A stretch of 64,000 nucleotides of DNA from Eledone cirrhosa. Its lineage: Eukaryota. Under the pieces are notes generated by a model. That model was not told where the DNA came from. It did no database searches and was given only the letters and a program-made list of their open reading frames with translations. The stretch is taken from assembly GCA_964016885.1 (NCBI GenBank), contig OZ024750.1, forward strand, positions 49,538,001 through 49,602,000. Reading direction: 5' to 3'. Position 1 is the stretch's first letter, and every line of letters starts with the position of its first letter. A program made the translations under genes and the position numbers. Positions 56,300-64,000 of the stretch are shown here, in pieces.

Positions 56300-59200
56300 T
56301 TTATGTCCGTCTACAGCGTGACGGCACCACGCTAAAATCACTGGGGGTGATGAAATCACCGGTAGTTATGTAACCATACATTCACCAATCCTCGATATGA
56401 GTGCTTAAATGTCGAAGCCAAACAGTTCGAATAACGCTGAAGTAGAGATTGGAATGTCATGTGACAGACACTCACCCAGCAGGTACTCCCTGGACCAGCA
56501 GCAGGGACCTGGCTGTAATCCAAATACTGCTGGTGTTGGAGGAAGAGGAAGATGGAAAGGGACCATAACCAACTGGACGAAAGAAATGAATAGAGCTGTT
56601 ATGCAATGTTACCTGAAGAGTAACCCCAAGGAAAAAGCTATAGAAAACGAATGCATAGCATCCGGAACGAGATTGGTCTATTTAAATTAGATGAACACGA
56701 ATTGGCCGGGCAGGCTCGGGTAATAAGAACTAATGGGTGGATAATCGAGCTGGAACTGGAGGAACAGAGCAGAGAGATTAGGTTCGAAATGGAGAGTGGA
56801 GTATGCCAGGCAAACGAGCCAGTGGGAAATGAAGGTGAAGAGGTTAAGAGAACGGCAATCATCCGAAGCAGACAATGATCTGAATGCTGAAATAAATAAC
56901 ATCTAGAACAAAGATGCGGCCATTGAGGAAATGAATGCTGATGGGCTAGGACAAGATTTGGTTGATATCCTAAAATTAGTGGTAGATGAAATGAACAATG
57001 ATAGTGGGAAACCTATGAATCTAAGATTTGTAGACAATAACAAGTTAAAAGAAACAACAGCTAAGGTAAACAAAGTCATCCCATACCTTGAGGTGAGGGG
57101 CCTTCACCAGTGCAACAATATCTTCAAAGCAACAGCAAATGCTGTGAGGAAATTACTTGACATAAAAGCGAGAGGAAACAACAAACAAGACAGATCAGAA
57201 CCTGGTGGAAGAAACGACTGAATGGTCAAATCAGGGAAATGAGAAATGACATTTGAAAGTTTGAGGCCCTACTGAATGGGACACTAAAAACATAGAAACT
57301 AAAAATAGACTGAAAATAAAGTACAAAACTAGGAGAAAAAAAGCTAAATATTATCATACAGGAACTGAAGCAACGCATTTTGGCAAAGAGTGCAAAAATT
57401 AAGCGATACGAGAGCAGAGTCAGTCAGTATAGACAGAACCGCATCTTTGACAACAACCAGAAGATATTGTTTGGACAGCTTGAAGGGAAAGAAAGAGGCA
57501 ACGACTTGATCCCTGAGGCGGTACAAACTAAGACATTATGTAGAGGAATATGGGAGCAGGATGTTAAACATAATGACCAGGCAGTGTGGATTGAGACAGT
57601 ACAAAAGGAGATTAGTGAACAGCTATACCAACAAACTGATTTGAGTATCACAGTTGAAACTCTTAAGGGGCAGGCCAAAAAAAGTAACCAGCTGGAAATC
57701 ACCTGACCCAGATGGTGTGCAGGGGTATTGGATTACAAATATAACATCCCTCCACCCGAAACTGACAACCATGTTCAATGACTGCTTGATGTCAGGTGAG
57801 GTACCAGAGTGGTTGACAAAAGGTACCACAGTTCTGGTAATGAAAGACCGAATCAAGGGTAATGATGTTACCAACTATAGACCTATCACATATGTGTCCG
57901 TAATGTGGAAACTGTTGACAAGGATTGTGTCTGAGGAAATCTATCATCACCTCCACACAAACAACTTGTTACCGGACGAACAGAAAGGATGCCGAAAGAA
58001 GACCCGTGGTACAAAAGACAAGCTACTTATTGATAAGATGGTAAAGAGGATTTGCAAGAGGAGACACACTGGTCTTGCCATGGGATGGATAGACTACAAA
58101 ACCAATTCGACTTGGTGCCACATTCGTGGATCACCAAAAGCCTAGAGATCTTAAGTTGTCACATAACATCAGAGACAGTTGTTGAGGAAAAAGTATGAAG
58201 TACTGGGAAACAGAATTAACATCGGGTGGAGAATCCTTGGGAGGCGTGAAGATAAAGAGAGGTATCTTCCAGGGAGATAGTCTGTCCCATCTGTTGTTTG
58301 TCCTTGCCCTGATGCCCCTGACCATTATACTGCGAAAAGTGAGAGCAGGATACAAGTTGGGAAAAGGAGAGCTTACCATCAACTACCTCCTCTTCATGGA
58401 CGATATTAACCTCTTTGGGAAGAGTGAGAAGGAGTAGGATGTACTTGTTGACACTGTCCGTATTTTCAGCAGTGATATATGCATGCAATTTCGTATTAAT
58501 AAGTGTGGAGTCCTAGTGTGAAGAGGAGTAAATTGGGCAGAGCAATGAAATCCAGGTACCAACAGGTGAGATGATAAAGGAAATTGACACTGAAGAAGGA
58601 TACAAATATTTAGGTGCTCTGGAGGCTGATGACAATAAGAACAAAAATATGAAGGAATTGATAAGATCTCAGTATATTAGGAGAGTAAGGAGCGTATTAA
58701 AATCACATCTAAATAGTAGGAATGTCATAAGACCAGGGAATTCCCGTGATGTGTCTATTATTAGGTACAGTGCGGGAATTCTGAAATGGAATATTACTGA
58801 ACAAAAAGAAATGGATAGGAAGTCTAGGAAGCTATTCACTATCTACAACATGTTCCACAAGAGGAGTGATGTCGATAGACTCTACTTAAAGAGATCTGAA
58901 GGTGGAAGAGTTCTTATCAGCATCGAGGAGTGTGTTCAGATGGCGAAAAGCAACCTGCACAAATACATGACCGATAGTAGGGAGCCAATGCTCAGAACTG
59001 TACTGAAGGAGAGGACAATAAACCAGGGGATGTCCAGGGAGGAAATAACAACAATGAGGAAAGCAACCTTCATGAAAAATCCCTTCATAGTACCTTCCTT
59101 GAGAAAGCTGAATTTAGAGATTCACTGACATGGAACTGGTTAAAAAGACGAGACCTTAAAAAGGCTACAGAAAGAATGCTAATACCTGCGCAAAAGCAGA

Positions 59201-59897
59201 CCCTCAAAACGAAGTGGTTGAAACACCATATTTATAAGGAAGGGGCTAGCCCACTGTGCAGGATCTGTGGAGAGAGAGGAGACTGTGGCTCACATTGTAT
59301 CCAAGTGTAAACACCTTGCCCAGTCTCACTATAAGGGATGGAGACGTGATGTGATGGGCAGGGTGATCCAGTGGCATCTATGCAAAGTAAACAATTGACC
59401 ACATTCTGAGAAGTGGTATGAGCATAAGCCAGAGTCGGTGATAGAAAACGATCAGGTGAAGGTGCTGTGGGATTTTAGGATACAGACGGATAAGACACTA
59501 AACACAATAGGCCTGATATAGGTTTCGGACAAGGAAAAAGATCGTGCCTGATTGTGGATGTAGCCTGCCCATTCGACACGAGAGTGCAAGAAAAGGAGAA
59601 GGAGAAAATTAACCGATAGTTAAAGTGGGAGGTAAAAAGGATTCGCAACTGCTATGTCCTCAGAGTCGTTCCGATTGTCATAGGCGCACTAGGTACTATC
59701 TCAAAGAGTTTTCAAGGATGGTTAAAGAAAATTAGTCCCGCCCCGCTTTTTGGATGACTTCTAAAGGCATGCTTGCTGGGAACAGCAAGAAACCTCCGAT
59801 ACGTCCTGAATATCTGAGGCTGCTGGTTGCAGCTTGATATTCATTTCAGCAAACTTTTCAGTTAAATAACATCAATGACTGAGACTCAAAGAACAAC

Positions 59898-59982
<85 letters not shown>
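56300..59982 (+). mobile_element. Near full-length but decayed R4/Dong-type LINE
   Basis: N-terminal WTKEMN.AVM.CY..S.P, RT (PDGVQGYW, NYRPIT, RGIFQGDSLS, LLFMDD, YKYLG), zinc knuckle, RLE and long (TAA)n tail. It has many stops and frameshifts, and the 5' boundary is approximate. Confidence 0.92.
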
Positions 59983-60346
59983 TTTACGATAATAATATTA
60001 ATAAGAATAATATTGTATCATCGCGAAATTTTCTGTTTGAAGTTTATTAGGAATATAGTTTTCTTTTTACAAAATATTAAATAACATGTATTATGTAGAT
60101 TATTTACAAAGGTTTATAATATACTTTTATGATGTACGTCATTGATTTATTTCAATCTGAACCGAACAGCAGTGTTGATACTGGACTACCAATACAATAC
60201 ACAAGCCATTTTATCTTTTTAAAATTTCAACGTTTTATTTTACTTTCAATATTTTCAAAAATATTTCGTTTCAACAAAGTTTTAAATATATTTTATGTCG
60301 ATGGAACATATACATATAAATAAATATATATATATGTAAATATATA

Positions 60347-60462
<116 letters not shown>

Positions 60463-60486
60463 CACAAATATATATATATATATACA

Positions 60487-60574
<88 letters not shown>

Positions 60575-60600
60575 CACAAATATATATATATATATACAAA

Positions 60601-60711
<111 letters not shown>

Positions 60712-60811
60712 ATATATATATATATGTATGAACGCACATGCCACTACACACTCACACACACACACACATATATATATATATGTGTGTATATATATATATA
60801 CCCATACATAC

Positions 60812-60872
<61 letters not shown>

Positions 60873-60918
60873 TATATACAAAAATATATATATATATATA
60901 CACAAATATATATATATA

Positions 60919-60963
<45 letters not shown>

Positions 60964-61056
60964 ATATGCATGAACACACATGTAACTACACACTCACACA
61001 CAGACACACATATATATATATGTGTGTGTATATATATATATACCCATACATACATA

Positions 61057-61090
<34 letters not shown>

Positions 61091-61774
61091 TATTACACAC
61101 GCTTATACATACATATATATTTTTTTTTATGTGTGCGCGTTAATTTCTGTGTGTATGTGTGTGTGTGTGTGTGTGTGTGTCTGTGTGTGTATGCACAACA
61201 CTTTACATCAATGTGGGTTGATTCTAAATCATCTTCGAAGTTCATAGACATAGTAGCATGAAATCTGCATAGTTTATTTACTCAATAGCGTTGACAAAGT
61301 TATTTATTGTAAAATATGTAATATTTTTGTGTAGTCTTCTTCCGCTTCGGTTTCAACATTACCTCGACTATCTTTAACAATGATGTATATAGTGTCGGCA
61401 TTGTACTGCCAGATAATTCAGTTATTTTTTTAATGTTTGCTCGTAATATAATCACTGATATGTTACCACATGTAGTAGTATTGTTTCCGTTAGTGGAGGG
61501 GTGTATGAAGGACTTAAACAGCATTTAATTTCGCCGAAAAACATTATTTCATATCATATTTGTTTATCAGTAAATGTTTGCACGACAACGTATATTTCTA
61601 GTTTATTTTACAAACAATGACATTTTGTTTGATATTGAATTTCATGAAATGAACAGGAAAGAGTATGTAATTACATGAAGTGTAATATATACTTATATAT
61701 TTATATATATATATAAAGGCTATGAATTTGATTTGCAAGATTTTTTATATGAAAGCGTGTGTCGAAACAAAGAT

Positions 61775-61942
61775 TATTATATTTGGTGAGGTTCATATTG
61801 TTGTAATAACATTGCCAGAAATAATAACAGAACACAAACACTGTTTGGTTGGTTATCGCTTCTGTATCTTTTATATCTCCATAGTTAATTCATTTGGTAC
61901 TCTTGTTTTATCACTGACCAACGTTCAAAAATACAGATATAA

Positions 61943-61977
<35 letters not shown>

Positions 61978-63271
61978 AACAAAGTTATTTCGTTGCACAT
62001 CTGCAACATCATCAGTGGTACTATTATCATATTTCCCCTGCTGTATTGTATGTATTGTAAGTCTATGCCTTTTTTTATTTTATCTATTTATTTATGTATT
62101 TATCTTTGTCTTCGTCTCAGCACATGCGTTTGCCAGTGTATAGTGTTTTGTGTGGGTCTTCGCCCTTGCGTAACTGTATTTTGGTTATTGTATTCTATCT
62201 TAGTTTAATAGTGTGTGTTTATATGTGTTTGTTGTTATTGTGTTTTTGTATATATGTATTTATTTATTTATAATTATCTTAAGTCAGTATTGGTTGTTTG
62301 GGTGTTGTTATTATATTCATTATTTTCTGTTTAGCTTTGGCTTTCTAAGCCATATATCGCTTGCTTCTCTGATTTGCCTACCTGTTGGGTCATTTCTTTG
62401 TTTAGATATTATTTTAATTTCTATGTTGCCTATGTTACCATCATGTTGTTTTCTGGCGTGTTCGTATAGTACTGAACCGTTTTCTTGTCCTTTTAATTTC
62501 CCCAGTGCTGGTCAATTCTTTCTCCTATGCTTCGACCTGTCACACCTATGTATGTCGTTGTCATGTTTCTGCAAGTACCCTCTGTACATATTATGCTATA
62601 GACTACATTTCAAGTTTTACAGTTTATCTGGATTTTTACTTTACATATATCACATTTCTTATTAGTACAGGGGGTTTTCTTAAAAGGGTGTTTTGCGGAT
62701 CAGTTATTCTATGGTAATTCCTGGCTTTTCTACCACTTTAATCTTTAAATGGGTCTCTCTTAGGGCCTTTCTACATTGGTCAGCTAATTTCCCTTCATGT
62801 GTAACATCCATGACGCTCTTGTATCTCTGGTTGTCGTACCATGATGTGGTTTTCCCTATCTTATATTTAGTCCTATCTAAGTTATTCCATGATTTGCTCC
62901 TGTATAATGAGCAAATTCCTTTCATGTCCAGTTATATGAGGGTCTTATGCTTCTCCTCGGCTCCTCTGTATACTCTGATTCTTTCTCATTAGTTGTAGCC
63001 AGAGAACTGCATGCGGTTGATTAAGTGTTGGATGTGTCTTTCCATTTCTGTTGGGTCGCACATGCGGGACACATTCTTCATCACTCGTACCAAATCTGCG
63101 ATCAGTGTATGAAAGTTAGCTCTACTGAACATTGCTGAGTCTTTTAGTATCAGGTATTTGGAGGCCATGCGTTTAGCATAGTTTGAGTGGAGATGTGGGC
63201 CCTCTCGTCTATAGTTTTAATCCAGAATAGACTATCTATATTAGACACGGAACTCTGGATTAACACTATAG
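61775..63271 (-). mobile_element. Decayed 5'-truncated copy of the 5142-10844 PLE family with short 5' inversion
   Basis: Reverse complement of about 9305-10785 (MKGICSLYRSKSWN..KTTSWYDNQRY). An HHR-like motif CTGATGA-tGTTGCA..TGCAAC-GAA lies at about 61975-62020. 63226-63271 matches 9277-9321 on the plus strand. Confidence 0.9.
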
Positions 63272-63607
63272 CAGAAATCTTAGTGCATAAATATTATGCT
63301 CACTTTAGTAAGGACATGAGTTCGATTGCACGCGGTGCGATGCTTCACTCCACTCAACCTGCGAAAAGGATTTGTATTTGTAATTTAAATGACCAGACAA
63401 CATTGAGGGATTCTCTGTCACGCTATATTTCCCTGGGTACTAGCTTTAGCTGACATATGTCTGTGTTACGCTAAGTAACATGTTAATTTCAGAAGCAGAC
63501 TCTCCCCTGTACAAACAAATTGACCATTGATTGGCGAAAAAGACGGTGGACGATTCCATAGGTTGATAATAGTTCTAAATTAGAAGGTTATAGATAAACA
63601 AAGTGAA

Positions 63608-63826
63608 GGCGTGGGGCTGATTGTTTAGAGAACTGGATTCGCAATCGTGAGGTTGTCAGTTCGTTTCCAGAACCGGGCGATGCGTTATGTTCTTGAGCAA
63701 GACACTTTATTTCACGTTGCTCCGTCTACCTAGAGTTGCGACTGATAGATAGTACTATCAATTGGGAAGACCAATGGAAACACTGTTTCCTCGTTCCGAT
63801 TTGACGAAAGTCGATCGACAAAAAAA
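63608..63826 (+). mobile_element. tRNA-SINE family A
   Basis: Colinear match to 11295-11510. Confidence 0.8.
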
Positions 63827-64000
63827 ACAAAAAAAAAATAGATAAACAATTAACATAATTTTAGCGTCTCGTTATTGTGTGGTTTAATCCGTGAATGGTT
63901 CATCTAAAGAAACATATTAGGAAGGATGTGGGTTTTTAAACTAATTAACAGAATAATACCATGAGCATGATTAAAGCCATTAATTAGCTGAATAACACTT

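Overview
AT-rich, microsatellite-dense animal DNA. The tRNA-SINE types and the (TA)n/(TAA)n landscape suggest a cephalopod such as octopus; this is inference. No host protein-coding gene is confidently visible and the window is almost entirely mobile DNA. (1) One intact, very young Penelope-like element (PLE, probably Naiad-type) has a 1210-aa RT + GIY-YIG ORF containing a ~160-aa Asn-rich insert, near-identical pseudo-LTRs and an inverted 5' segment. Several decayed PLEs of other clades are also present. (2) R4/Dong-type RLE LINEs and an L1/Tx1-type LINE are stacked in (TAA)n tracts. (3) There are two tRNA-SINE families, Helitron-like ends and a Tc1/mariner-type MITE. The most striking signal is a dense set of hammerhead-ribozyme (HHR) motifs, roughly 20 intact or decayed, including U3-A8 compensatory core variants. 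Most sit in short fold-back elements inserted in (TA)n tracts. All RNA structures were folded by eye and nothing was searched against databases.
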